64,000 nucleotides of DNA, taken from Vicugna vicugna. Lineage: Eukaryota. The DNA is taken from the NCBI GenBank assembly GCA_013265495.1, contig MU057560.1:1314753-1378752 (forward strand), read 5' to 3'. Positions 1 to 13,197 of this stretch are shown piece after piece. A program made the translations under genes and the position numbers. How positions within the stretch are numbered: the stretch's first letter is position 1; every line of letters starts with the position of its first letter. The notes under the pieces are model-generated. The model saw only the letters and a program-made list of their open reading frames with translations. It was not told where the DNA came from and did no database searches.

Positions 1-799
1 AGCGCCTTACGGGAGTCAAGGCCGCGGCACCAGACCGTGCCTCCCAATGCTTCAGGCCTTTTGGGATGATCCTAGTGAACCATCACGGTGTGAAGTCATT
101 TCTAGATGTTGTACCAGGAAGCGTGGCAACATTTGGGAGGTCAGCATAACTCAGTGAGCTGATGCTTTCTAAACGACCAATGCGTGATCTTGCACAATTA
201 TGGTAGGTAAGTGACCCGTGCAAAGTGCAAAACAGACCGAGAGGACTGAAGGTAACATTATTGCAACTTACCTGATACGGTTTTGGATTTCACATTGAAG
301 CTAAGCTTTTAAGAAATTACTGCTTCTTGTATTTTGATTTGCACTTAAGTGGAATATTCACAAACATCTGAAAGGCTGTTAGAACATTGCTCCCCTTTCC
401 AACCACATATTGGTGTGAGCCTGGATTTTCTGTATATGTTTTAAACAAATCAACGTATGACAGCAGAGAGGATCAGTAAGCATTATGATTGTCCAGTTTT
501 CATTTATTAAGCCAGAAGTTAGAGAGATTTTCCAAAATGGAAAATAATTCTTATTACAAAACTTTCTGGGGGTTTGGAAAATACAGTTTTTTCTTTTACA
601 AGAAATGTTCTGTTCATATGTGATGGGCATATTACTGTTACTTTTACATGAATTAGCAAACAGATCATTTAAATTGTGTAAGTTTAATTTCTAACTAACT
701 ATAAATAAAACACACATAAGTAAAAGATTTTTGGTGGCTTTGATAGATAGTCTGTAAGAGTAGAAACGAGGACTGAGACAAAAGTATCAAGAATCTCTG
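1..799 (+). mobile_element. hAT DNA transposon Charlie1-like, 3' part of decayed transposase plus right end (runs off the window start)
   Basis: Segments such as 'ggcaacatttgggaggtcagcataactcagtgag', 'gctcccctttccaaccacatattggtgtgagcctggattttc' and the terminal 'gactgagacaaaagtatcaagaatctctg' resemble the recalled Charlie1 consensus; no intact ORF. Confidence 0.85.
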
Positions 800-999
800 A
801 TGTATCAGGGAAGTAACTAGAGACAAACACACAAAGATATGGTAGCTCCGAGCTGGGGACATGTGGCCTGCCACTGAGTCACTGACGTTTTATCAGTAGG
901 GAACACATGAAGGTATTGAAGCCAAAGCACAATGCTTTCCTAATTGTACTGGGCTTAGAATTACAGCATTGATTAGGATAAAAAGCGACAGAAGGTGGG

Positions 1000-1440
1000 A
1001 AGACCAATTAGAAGACCAGCTATAATGAGGCTCTGCCAGTAGGATCTTAGAATAGAAAATAAGAGAGTGTCGTTTGAGAATTTGCAAGAATATGATTTGG
1101 TGGCTGATCTGATACGGAAGGAGAGATTTCAAAGCATTGGTATTCTCGGGGCAGTGATTTGGAGGATCGAGACTTCAAAGTTGTTCCCTGAGACTCCAAA
1201 GTAAAAAATAAAAATAAAAATGCAGGTAGAGGAGAGACTGAGGTTTTAATTCAGGGTATGTTCAATTTCTATTTCTGAAGACTCACAAAGTAGACTGGAT
1301 ATAGTGGGGAGAGGTTGCCCCGGTGGTAGTTGGACAGTTTGGAATTCAACTTGAGAAAAACATCTGGGCTGAAGGTGTATGGTTAATTCCGTCAAGATGG
1401 AAGGGATCACAGAAGCCTTGAGGATGGAAGAGGACACCAG
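1000..1440 (-). mobile_element. LINE-2 fragment, degenerate
   Basis: Purine-rich plus strand with an L2-like segment 'gaaaaacatctgggctgaaggtgtat...gaagccttgaggatggaagag'. Confidence 0.5.
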
Positions 1441-1884
1441 CAAAAATAAAATACATGGAGAAAAGAAGTGAATTCCTGGTATTTCCAGGTAGGGGACCAG
1501 GAAAAATAGGAGGAACGAGAGGAAAAATCATCAGAGGCAGGAGAATATTTTTAAAATTCCATATACAGAAAATCAGGACAGAAAATTGTTGCAAAGGGTA
1601 GACTTTGCAGGATTTTTCATAGTGCCACTTACATAATCACTAAACATATGTCGGATAGACTTCCTTCTCCTCTTGTGATATGTACACATGAGAAAAGACT
1701 CCATCACGGCTATAGAAATGGGTTATTTTCACTTAAAAATAGCCAATTTTAACCTTTATATATTCTTCTATTGTGTTATATTTCTAAGATTTGCATGGTG
1801 CTTAAATACTTAATTTCAAATCCAGTATTTGTGTGACGGAGTGTATTCATTGCCCACTACTGCTGGAAAATGAGAGAAAACAGA

Positions 1885-2307
1885 TTATTGCACAGAAATC
1901 TGACATTAATTTCGCTGGGGTAAAATCAAGGCTTTGAACAGGTGTGTTGCCTTCTGGGGGCTGCAGGGAGACTCCACCCCCTTTCTTTTCTAGCTTCCAG
2001 AGGCCGCCTGCCTTCCTTGGCTCATGGCCCTCTTCCATCTTCAAAGCTAAAGATGGCCCATTGAGTCTTTCTTAAGTCACCTCATTTGACCCTGAGTGTT
2101 CTGTCAACCTATTCTGCATTTTAGGACCTTGTGATTACAATAGACCCATTGGGATCATTCCATATAATCTCTCTACTTTAAGATCTAGTGATGAGCATCC
2201 TTAATTCTATCTGTTACCGTAATATCCCTTTGCCATGGAAAGTAACATCCTCATATCTTCCAGGTTAGGATGCGGGTGGACATCTTTGGGGACCATTATT
2301 CTGCCAA
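1885..2307 (-). mobile_element. MaLR solo LTR, MLT1 (MLT1D-like)
   Basis: 'ttctagcttccagaggccgcctgccttccttggctcatggccc' and the end 'gacatctttggggaccattattctgcc' match the reverse complement of the recalled MLT1D LTR. Confidence 0.85.
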
Positions 2308-4211
2308 ATTCATATGTACTTACTGACTCATTAACTATTTAATAACTGTCTACGAAATCCTAAGAAATCAAATCATTGAGGTAGTTCTGTTGAGTTCCTT
2401 TGCTTAGCTGGAAAAAAAAAGTACAGAAGTGTTAATGTCTTATATTTGGGGAGAATCTTATAAAACAACAAAATAATTTCCTACTTAAGTAAATTCATCA
2501 AAGCACGCCATATCTCTGCCAAAAAAACACCTTTGGAAGAGAAAAGCTTCTGAAAAGCTGTGGACAGCGGGGTCCCTCTGGTGTAGGAAAAGGACACACT
2601 TTTTGAGTCGTATGATCTATTGTACTTGCTCAGTGTTATTTTTTAAAACATAAATATATGTAATTTGCATCATAAGGTTGATTTATTCCTTGATTGACTT
2701 AATATAACACGTTTTTTTATTTATGAAACACTTTTCATATACTGTCTGATTCTCTTCCATACCAGTTTTCATGGGTTATTATCATTTTGTTGTCAGAAAA
2801 TTTGAAGATATCTTTCATAGATGTAAAGTAATTTGCCCCGTGCAGCACATCCCCTAAAATATTAACAGTAGAATTTAAGCATGTATCTTTTCACCAGAGA
2901 GCTTTCTCCTTCTCCCACGCCATTTTATTATTAAAATATGTGATTTGGAGTTAATAGTTGAAGGATAACGTCACGTCTGCTCATGGCTTGTTTTATCGTA
3001 TCGCCTAAGAGGCCCCACGGCAGTGGAAATTGACTCTGTTCACTGGAGGCCCACGATTAAAGCCGATTTCTGAAAACTGTGCACTGCTAGTGGGTCTGAC
3101 AGCTGATGCAGGCAGATGGGCTTCCGCCTGTTAAAAGGTGGCGTCTATTGTTAGAAGCAGCGCAGAGACCTCATACGGAGCAACAGGGGAAAACCAATGC
3201 CCGTGCACCAGCCCCCATCCACCCTTTTGAGAGAAAAATACCATTCTGGTAAGGAAGACACTCAACTTGTGAAGACGGGTGAGGGGGATGTATTTTTGTC
3301 CCTATCACACCAAATACAGTGTTTGAAACTTGGGCATTTGAGAGAAACGTCTTACCTTTGGAATCACGGTGAAGCCACGCCAGCGTGATGGTTTCTCCTC
3401 CCTGGGGAGAATCTGCTTGGTTGTTTGGTGAAAGTACATGAATGTGGTCTAAAAATAAATTTTACAGTACATACGTATTCATTTCTCCATTTATTTCCAA
3501 TTCCATAAAAGATTTGAGGGGCGTGAATAAAATACGAGGAGCATACAGGCCATCAACAAAAACAGTCACTGAAGGATGGTGTCAGCAAGCAACCCAACAG
3601 GCAGCAACCGCGGCCCCTCTTCTTCAGCTGTAAGTCTGGTCGGGGCCACGTTACTTCTGCCTCTCCCTCCCTCCCTCCCTGTCTTTCGTTTGTTCGGGTG
3701 TGTGTTCGTTTGTTTAACCTGACCCAGACAGCGGCCTGGATTTCTGAAACAAAGCCTTGGGACCGTGTTTTATTCACCTTTCATGGTAGGAGACAGGATG
3801 CAGCGCTCAGTAAGTGCAGAGGGTCGCAGGTCACCAGCTTAGGAATTCCCGTGTCAAACTCCCTTTCAGGTTTTCAGTCGTGCTCAACTCAGCTCTTTGA
3901 CCTCAACACCTTGCCTCCCTTCAATATGTTTATGATGATCAGCCTTTTTCCCACTTGGAAAACCACAGAATTCAGCTTCCACATCTCCAACCATTGAGAA
4001 AACACCATAAACATGTCTGAATGTGCTCCTAGCTCTCATAAGGGCTGCACACACAACAGGGCAGGAGCTGGGAGCCTTAGAGAGGCTTAAAATGCTTACG
4101 TTTGACAGTGAGTCACAGCTCTACCCCCAGACTTCAGTGAGTGTGTTATTATTTCACAACAACTCATTTCTCTGTTAGTAAAAATCAGAAGAGTCACATA
4201 GAATATATGAA

Positions 4212-4378
4212 AAGTCAACCAACTTTTTTCTGCAAATGGCCAGGGGTAAGTATTTTAGGCTTCATGTGTCCGTCACGACCACCTAATTCCGCTGCGAGAG
4301 GAGGAAAGCCACACAGACGAGGCACAATGAAGGAGTGTGGCCGTCGGCTGGCTTTGGCCCGTGGCCCGTACAACTGGG
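4212..4378 (+). mobile_element. MER58A-like hAT MITE
   Basis: 'caacttttttctgcaaatggccaggggtaagtattttaggcttc' ... 'gctttggcccgtggcccgta' follows the recalled MER58A consensus. Confidence 0.8.
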
Positions 4379-4889
4379 TTGTACACTGAGTACTATAAGC
4401 AATTTTGCCTTGCAACAAAATGTGACAGGAATCACTTGTCTAACAGCATACAGACAAATACCAAATAAAACACTAGAACTGGGTGTCGGGAGGCTGGAAT
4501 GGAGGGGGATAACACGGGGGAGACACAGCTTCTGTTCCTGATCCTGAAAAAGAAATCTCGAGTGCACGTGATTAGCTCTGTGACCCTGGCTAGATTATTG
4601 GGTCCCGAGATCGTCATTCTAAACCATCCTTATCAAAGACTAGAGGTCTGCTCCAACTACCTCACTAGAAGCTAAGACCAGTGCTGTGGGTCTCCATCTC
4701 TCATGACATCAATCAGGGTCCCCATGGAAATACGTGACATACATTTGCCAACAAGGAAAGTTTGCTGAAGGTGTCATCTGAAGGGGTACAGTCAGGGTCA
4801 GGAAAACCAGCAGAAATAGGGAGCAGCTCAGAGGCTGAAAGAGCAGGAAGACAGCCCCAGCCCTCTGCTAGAAGGACGCTCTCTTTTTT

Positions 4890-6200
4890 GAGTGAGTACC
4901 ATGGAAGCGTTAAGTGAGCAGTGAGACCTGGAGCTCGGCCGGGAAGTCAGGAGTAAAGACATGAGCATATTGACCGTCTGTGTCGCTCAAGGACAGTAAC
5001 AGCCCAGCTGGGGACAGAGAGTAGACAAAGGGAAGAGTCAGACAGAGAAAGAGCTCTGGGTATTCTTAGCACCCAGGTCAACCAGAAGCAGAAGAAACAG
5101 TGGAGACTGATGAAAAGTGGCCGGTGATGCAGGGAGGAGACCAGGAGAGTTCAGTACCATCCGTGCCATGAAAGAAAACTATTTCAAGTAGGCGAGGAAG
5201 GTCAAATGTGTTGAACAGCCCTCTCAAGGTCCATTAGGGTGAGGAAGTCGTGCACATCCCATCTAACCTCTCCTGTGCCGTGTGATGGGGATGGAAACCA
5301 CGTGAAAGATGAGGGGAAGGTGAAAACCTGGGGAGGGGCATCCAGATGTATCATAGGGCATTTCTTCTGTAGATCAGAAGTAAACTGTAAAGCAGCTCGG
5401 GGGAATGTAAGATGCATCTGAAGCGCAGAATTAATTTTATATTAAGGCGAATATCCTGTGGAAGGAGAGAAGCGGTGAGTGGCAATGAAGTTTCTTCCTA
5501 AGAAGGGGACATAAAGGGTAAAGATGTGTTGGTTTTCAGAAGAGCAGAGATGCGTCTCCCTTTGAAATAGCAGAATGATTTGTATTCTTAGAGAAGAACG
5601 TAATTGAGAAGGGTGTGGATTTTGAGATAGAAATTCATTTCTGACTGCTTCTATTTTCCCCCCAAAAGTGTGAGATGATGTCATCAGCTGAGATGGATTG
5701 GAATAAGTTGTGAGGACTTGAGAATACAGGGGATTTGGCAAAGCTGTGATAGAATCACACAGAAGATTAGGGACGTGAACTCACTAAGGTACGTGAAAGA
5801 ATTTCCCAGACCTATGGTGGGCTCATCTCGTGTCCGTGCTCGGTGTGGCTGCAGGGGAAGCTTCAGCGGCTTCAGAGCACACTCGAGAGGAGTGGGGGAA
5901 GTGGAGATGCCCACAGGGGCATGGTTGTGGGTGACCTGGGGAGCAAAGCAAGTCGGAGGTGATTAAAGAGAGGAAAGTGATGGAGAGTGAAATGGTGGAG
6001 AATCAAGCGTTGGGAAGCCTGCGTGAGTGTCAGTTTCAGTGGGAACATGGGGGAACAAGAGCTGGAGGTCAGAGAAAGCAGTACTTGTGATGGATTTTTG
6101 GAGGAGAAGCAGATATTGTGTCATCAGAAGCTCTGGAGTGTGAGCATGGAAGTGGGGTTGATCATAGCTTGGAGACAATGATGATTGAATAGAGGTGTGG
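4890..6200 (-). mobile_element. LINE-2 remnant (long internal fragment)
   Basis: Typical L2 antisense motifs 'gagactgatgaaaagtggcc', 'gtcaaatgtgttgaa', 'ctgactgcttctattttc...gtcatcagctgag'. Confidence 0.75.
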
Positions 6201-6669
6201 TAGTTTTTTTATTATTTATTATTTATTAATTTATTGAACATTATAATGTGTTAGACATTGTTGGGAAAACATTAAAAAGTCACACTACAGTCCTGTACTC
6301 ACTTGTGTAGTCGAGATGCAAGAATTGCATCTAAAAGTACAAACGAGGTCAAATGTTTGACATAAAAGGGAAAATAAAGTGATGGGGAGGGACCTGACAC
6401 TTTTGAGCTCCTTCCGTATCCCAGCCATGCTGTGATGTGTGGAATATATTATAATTATTGACTCTTCTCTACATGATGGGAAATGTTAAGTAACGTGCTT
6501 GATGTCCTGAAAGTATTAAGACAAATAGCCAAAACATATTGTCAGAGCCAGCATTCAATCTGATTAACATTTAAGGAATTTTGAATTTTTCCTTCTTTGC
6601 AGCCCCTTCATGGAATCATACTGTGCTGGGGTGGAGTGGGTCTTAGTGCCACATTATCTGTCCCCTCTT

Positions 6670-6780
6670 CCTTGTCCCACATCTAATGATGGAGAAACTG
6701 AGGTCTAGAGAAGCCTGAAGTCTTGCCCAGAGCACTTAGCAGGTGGCGGAGCTGGGACTTCAGCCGTGTGCCCTGTTCAG
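6670..6780 (-). mobile_element. MIR SINE core fragment
   Basis: 'gatggagaaactgaggtctagaga...cttgcccagagcac...ggcggagctgggactt' is the MIR core in antisense. Confidence 0.75.
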
Positions 6781-7619
6781 ATGTTGTCGCGGTGGTTACC
6801 CGGGAGGCAGGCAACGGTCCCAACTCCCGGCACCTCTGCCAGTCTGAATGCCCAGGACTTGAACCAGAAAGCTGGGCATGGAAGTGGTTGTCATTTCCAT
6901 GAAGATATCAAGTGTCATTTGCAATACTTTGTGTAGGAAAACGAGTTGACAGAGTCTTTTCCAGGTTATGAGCAATAATGTTCATCCTAACTCAATCTCG
7001 TCACCAGTGAGACTTTACAAATAAGCACACATTTCTTTCCACAGGCATAATTTTTTTTAAGAAATTCAGGCCCTCCATTGCATAACTGAGTGCAAGACTT
7101 TCCAAAAGGATCTCTAAAAGGGCTTCTTTTTTTTTTTTTAGTTTTGAAAAGAATCAATGAACAAAAACTGTGGTTAAGGCAATGCATTTAAACTTACTAA
7201 GAGCTGTCAGATGAGAATTATTTTGTTGAAAAATCTGAAGTATACTATTTTAATGGAAAAGCTTAATTACAGAGCAGCCTAGAGTTGCCAATTCCGAAGC
7301 TTTAATTTTCTAAGGGCTTAACCGTGTGCCTAAGTCAGAGCTCAGCTCTGCTGCCTCTAGTTTATTATGTGGTAAGACGGGATGTGCTGGACAGAAAAGA
7401 GCTGAATTTCAATCATTTAATTATGAGATCAAATGTTTCCATCTTAGATTCTGAAGAAATGCACTGACTTCATAAGCTTGTTAAATATTTTATATTTTTA
7501 ATTAAACAAGCAATTTTATCAAGTTAATTTATCTCAACGTATGCACTTGCCTGTTCTATGCACTTATTATAATAAATACATCTGGTTGTTCTTATCTAGG
7601 TACCTTTTAAAATTAAAAG

Positions 7620-8312
7620 CAGTCATTATGGAAAACAGTATGGAGATTCCACAAAAAACTAAAAATGGTCTTACCATATGATCCCACAAGCCCTCTCCTG
7701 GGCACATATCCAGAGGAAAGCTTAATGCAAAAAGACACATGCAACCCAATGTTCATAGCAGTGCTATATACAATAGTCAAGACGTGGAAGCAACCTAAAT
7801 GTCTATATGACTAGATAAAAAAGTTGTGGTATATTTATACAATGGAATACAACACAGCCACAAAAAGTAATAAAATAGTGCCACTTGCAGCAATATGGAC
7901 AGACCTGGAGATTGTCATTCTAAGTGAAGTAAGCCAGAAAGAGAAAAAAAATACTATATAATATCACTTATATGTAGAATCTAAAAAAAAAAAAGACAAA
8001 TTCATTTACAAAACAGAAACAGATTCACAGACATAGGAAATAAACTTATAGTTACTTGGGGAGAAGGGAGTGGGAAGAGATAAATTGGGAGTTTGAGATT
8101 TGTAGACATTAACTAACAAATATAAAATAAATAAGTTTATACTGTAAGCACAGGGAACTCTATTCAGTATCTTGTAGTAACTAATGGTGAAAAAGAATAC
8201 GAACATGAATACGTGTGTGTTCATGTATGACCGAAGCATTTGCTCACCAGAACTTGACACAACATTGTAAACTGACTACGCTGCAATAAAAAATAAAAAT
8301 ATACAAAAAAAG
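7620..8312 (+). mobile_element. Young lineage-specific L1, 5'-truncated (end of ORF2, 3' UTR, A-rich tail)
   Basis: 'ggaaaacagtatggagattcc...ttaccatatgatccc', 'attctaagtgaagtaagccagaaagag', ending 'caataaaaaataaaaat'. Confidence 0.92.
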
Positions 8313-8769
8313 CACAAGCTAAAACATTTTTCACATGTCCTCAGTTAGCAGACTCTCTCTGTATGCAAAAGATAACTCCGTAGGAAAGCCTTTCTTTCTT
8401 ATTGTAGAAACATAGATGTTGAAAATAACCAGTGTAATAAACAGCCGTACAGAAAAGTCCTAGCAATATGCGAGCAGGCACCTCGCAATTCTGGTAAGCC
8501 GCTCTTCTTCAGACCAAGGGAGCAGCTGCTTCTCGGAGAGCTCTAATGTGTCTGGGAGGCCGTGTGCACGTGCTCTTACTCCTCTTAGAAAATTCCCCGT
8601 CGGCTCTCTAAGATACCATATAATTAAAGATCTGAGATATTCATGTACGATGGAAACCCAACTCTGCAGAGCTGGAGGCACTGAGGGGACAGCGTTACAA
8701 GACATTCGCAAGATCTTGGGGAGCTCAGAAAATGGAAAGCAGAGGGAGAAAGGAGGAGTGAACGGAGTG

Positions 8770-9740
8770 TTTAGGGCCGGCTCCTTGGGAAGGAGACGGG
8801 CCTCACTTCGGGGGGAGCGCGCGCCCTGCGCGGAGCCCGGGGACGTGTACTGCCTGCCACCTGGCTAACGCCCGCCGCAGCGGTGACGTCGGTTGCGCTC
8901 CAGCCCCGCAGACGAGGGAGTGACGTCCCGGAGCCCCCGCGAAGGCAGCGTGCAGGGAAGGCCCTCCAGGGGCAAGACTGGCACCGCGTTCCCAGAGCCT
9001 CAGCCTCTGCTCCGCCCATCACAGCTCAGTGGAAGTCATATTCTCTTAGTGTCTCCATCAAAATTTTGGATAATTGCTCAGTTAAAGGTGAAGGCTGGAC
9101 TAAAGGCCCGCGCCAAAACGCACCGCGCCGCATGTCCGCACGCTGACCGGCTCAGAGCGCACAGCACCTCCCCATCGCCCCCCCATCATCCACCCATCGG
9201 CCCCCCCGACGCACACAGCGCACAACCGCGAAGCAGGGCAGGGGCCGCGGCAGCAGCGCCCCAGCTCCAATGTGGGAAGCAGGCGACAAGCAGCGGGGAC
9301 CGGGCCACGGCCACGACGGGCGGCCTGTCACAGGAGCCCTGCCTGGACGCGGGGAGGCGCTTGACCCCGCGCACATCCTGTTCCCCGAGCAGAATGACCC
9401 GGCCGCTTCTCTGCTGCGCCGGCATCCGCCGCTGGGAAGGCCCGCCCTGCCCGCGTCCGCCGCGGAGCGGTGGCGGCGCGGATCCAGCACACGCTGTCCT
9501 CGGAAGGGAGCAGCTGTCGCCGCCCCGCGCGTGCCGGTGCCCAGACTCTGCGCTGATGCCTCAGCCGTCACGCGCAGGCTCCTGGCTTCCTTAGCAGCAC
9601 CCGCCAGCCGTCTGCCGCACCCCCCTCCACTGGTCCCCTGTCGCAGTAAACACACCGCAGCTCTCTGCGCGGCGCGGCCCTCGCGCCTGAGGGACCTCCC
9701 TGCTCGCTTGCCTCGGGGCCCTGTACCTCGAGCCTGAGGT
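8770..9740. promoter_or_regulatory. CpG island / candidate promoter with two near-palindromic CRE sites and a FOX site
   Basis: About 1 kb of very GC- and CpG-dense sequence. TGACGTC at 8884-8890 and 8921-8927, CGTCA at 9566-9570, GTAAACA at 9646-9652. Confidence 0.8.
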
Positions 9741-9834
9741 CACCAGCCTTGACTCGGACAGTCAGGCCCCATGGGGTCTTTCCATGGGGTGGAGTTTTTG
9801 TTCTTGTTGTTAATGTCACAGTCACTTTAAAAAT

Positions 9835-10110
9835 TTTTTTAGATTCCACATTTAAGTGATATTAAACAGTATTTGTCTTTCTCTGTCTCTTATTTCACTT
9901 ACCATCATAGCCTCCAAACCCATCCATGGTGCTGTACATGGAAGAGCTTCACTTTTTGTGGCTGAGTAGTATTTCACGGTATGTGGACACCATCTCTCCT
10001 TTATCTGTTCATCTGCGGATGGACACTTAGGTTGCTCCTCTATCTCAGCAGTTGTAAGTATTACTGTTATGAACATTGGGGTGCATGTATCTTTGCAAAT
10101 TAGTGCTTGG
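9835..10110 (-). mobile_element. L1 3'-region fragment
   Basis: 'ttagattccacatttaagtgat...gtggctgagtagtattt...gatggacacttaggttg...gtgcatgtatcttt'; the minus ORF 9852-10076 translates to decayed L1 ORF2 C-terminus (QPKCPSADE). Confidence 0.9.
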
Positions 10111-11024
10111 GTTGAGTTTTAATGGCCATTCGTGTGTTAGTTTTCTCAACACTTTCTCAGTCATGTTTCTTAATCAGCTCAATTCAGAGGCCCCAGCTGG
10201 GAAGGGGGCTCTCTGCCCGCCTCAACGCACAATTTCTGCATTTGCCTTCAGTACTGACACCCATCCAACCATCCTGGGTGTGAGCGCGAAGGTGAAGGTT
10301 ACTACGGGCCTGGGTGGAAACGGAGAGCATCAATGTTGTCAGTATGCTTTTGTCCAAATGGCTGCATCTCACTGCAAGGGAAGCTGAAAACAGTCTGGTC
10401 CTGTGCACAAGATGAACGGGAAAAATTAACCCAGCGGCTACTCAGACAGCTGGCTCTGCCTGAGATCTAAGTCCTTCCATTTACCATCTAATTCTTCATT
10501 AAGCAACAGATACCTGGCATGGGTATTGGGGTCACATCTTAGTACCTACAGCTCTCTCTTCTTTCTTTAATAGAAGCCCCTCTACACTTGATGTTAGAAT
10601 TTACATCCTAATGTGAATTTATTTTGTCTGCTATTAAAAATTAGTTTTACCAAGTTCAGTTGACAAAAACATTGTGTCTTTTATCATAAATGTTTTATAA
10701 TAAATATTTTAATCAAAGTAATGATCATGGTTAAAAATAAATAGCCCAAAATTTTAGTAACAAATCACCCTCCTCTGCTCTCCAGCCCTCCCCTCCTTTT
10801 CCGCTCCCTAATGGTAGCCAGTTGTAACTCTTTTAGCTCTTCCTTCCAGCGTTTCTGTTACATCTCTAGATAACATTGCTGTCATTAAATTTACCTGGAG
10901 ACATTATCTCCTCACTTCCTTCCAGCATGAGGCTCTCCTTGGCTGCTTTTCCTATGCCCTCCTCTGCCATCTGTCCAGTGAAGTTACATTTATTTCTATA
11001 TGCTGTGTGTCATCACTGCTGAAG

Positions 11025-11355
11025 GGCTACCCTTCCCTAAGTCCCTGCGTGAGGAGACTTCCTTCCCTCCTCTCGCTCCCGGTGTTTCTGACGACCTTGA
11101 AGTTCCTTGGCTCATGGCCACCGCCCCCCCAGCCTCCGCCTCGGTCGTCTCACGGCCTCCTTCTCCCTCTGCCTCTGTCCTGTGTCTCTTCTCTTCCGGT
11201 GAAGATGCCAGGCAGGCTGGATTAGCGCCCACCCTGCTCCGTGCGGCCTCATCTTAACTAATTACACCTTCAACAGCCCGATTTCCAAGTAAGGTCACGT
11301 TCCGCGGTTCTGGACTGAGGACTTCAACGTGTCTTTCAAGAGGACACAGTCCCCT
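11025..11355 (-). mobile_element. MaLR solo LTR, MLT1A-C-like
   Basis: 'gttccttggctcatggcc', 'cctcatcttaactaattacacc', 'tttccaagtaaggtcacgttc', 'gaggacttcaacgtgtcttt' are MLT1 hallmarks in antisense. Confidence 0.85.
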
Positions 11356-13197
11356 CCAGAAAAAAACGTGGCTGTTCCACCGTTCTCCTCAGAAAAGCAA
11401 TCCTTTGACACCTTTGAGGCAAAAAAGAAAAAAAAAAAAGAGGACTCAATTCAAATCACAATACTCTCTTTCCTTCTATTTTATTTATTCTAACCTTCTG
11501 TCTCTTCCTTTTCTCCTTTTACGTTGTGAGATATTTTTCTTTGCTTTAGTTTCCACAGCCCCAGCCACACTTTCATTCAGGTGATCACATGCTTAACCGG
11601 CAACAGCCCTTCCCGATTTCAGACTGCTCCTTTCTGTTTCTTTCCTTTCCTGGTTTATTTTTTCTCAAAACTGTCCACATCTGTTTAGAATCATATCCAC
11701 TTTTGCTTCTGCTTTTTCTAAATTATTAGTTTTTCTGTTTGCTGTCTTTTACCACTTTTTATTTTTATAAGTTTTCCTTAAATCTTGGATGGTCATTAGG
11801 TGACCCTCATGGTTAAGTGCGTGTGGTTTTAAGTGAAAGCGGTTTTGCCAATATCTGCGTGTGGGAGAATCTTGCGACACACATTATATTTCCATGTAGA
11901 ATGGCATCCAGTTCCCTCTATTTTCACCCTATGGGTTTAATTTATTTTTTTATAATTTTTCTATCATTATAGTGTGATCTCAGAATGGACAAAATATAGC
12001 AGGATTACTGATGGACTGGGCGTGTGGATTCCATCTGCTATATTTGCTATGTATTTTTGAGATTCTGAAACAAATAACACAGAAAGAGACATTCTAGTCC
12101 AAGCATAGAATTTAAACTTCACTCTTCCTTGCTTATTCCAAACAAAAACAGTAAGACCCCACAACCTTGAATCTGTGGACTCTGATAGTTTTGTAAACTT
12201 TATCAAGGCATCCATTTTGCCTGCCTAATTTCCATATATTACCATGTGCTAATCAATTCAGTGTTTGACGCTTAACGAAATGATTTGAGAAACACAGCTA
12301 CAGAATTATCGTTCTATTCAAAGAGATTCTGGTTAGTAAAGTTCAGTCATCATACAAGCCAAGTCATTTGTGCCCACCAAGCAAAATGATTGCTTTAATA
12401 GAGAGATCCCTTTTGCCCGTTCAGGGAGAAATGTCACCATGTAAAGGTTGGAGTTAACTACTTTCCACGTTTTTCCTTAGGTTGTGTGGTTACTGGTCCT
12501 CACGTGCTGCTCCCGCTGTGGGGACAGAGGCAGGGTCAGGTCATCGCACTCCGTCTGTCAGCACGTCTGCAGACCGAGAAGGGGAAGCTCCCTTTGGCCC
12601 CTAAGGATGACCCACCACTCGGAGGGTTAAGTACGTTCCGTTTCACGAGTGACTTCCCAAGGCTGCTTTATTAATAACGTTAGCATCACTCACAATTGTT
12701 ACTTTAAAACCTTCTCTGCTTTTCGCTTGAAACTAGAAAGAGAAAGAGAGAAACGCATATCTAAAATGATCAGACCCCAGGCCTTGCCGGAAAAGAAACA
12801 GAGTTGAAATAAATGGCTACCCTGTTAGAGATTAAACAGTATTTATTTACATTTAACCTGCTTCTTTGCAGGCGTGGCTTTCTGACTGCTTAGCAGTTTC
12901 ATAAAGAAATCCAATGTTTCCACTAAGCGGGGATCAGTGAGATCAACCTGAAAAACAAAATTTGATCATTAGACGATTTACAGGGTGTATCATTTCTACC
13001 AGGCAAGTCTGCACAAAGCTCTTAAAAAGGAGGCTCTGAGCCAGCAGAACCCCAGCTCTCGTAAATCGGGGCCACATAGTGAGGTGTCTAGTGTGTGTGA
13101 CCCTGAAGCCTAGCCTGGACTTAGGGAGGAGCTGGACACTCAGGCAGCACCCGGCTCTCACCCTCTCTGGGCTCTCACAGGGAACCCAGAGCCAATA

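Noticed and set aside
8516..9516. Exact 13-mer AAGGGAGCAGCTG at 8516 and 9504
   Set aside because: About one such nearby repeat is expected by chance in a window this size, and there is no other sign of an element between them.
8893..9594. 233-aa plus ORF and overlapping ORFs in the CpG island
   Set aside because: Non-ATG start, low-complexity A/P/R/G composition and open frames on both strands; typical GC-rich shadow ORFs.
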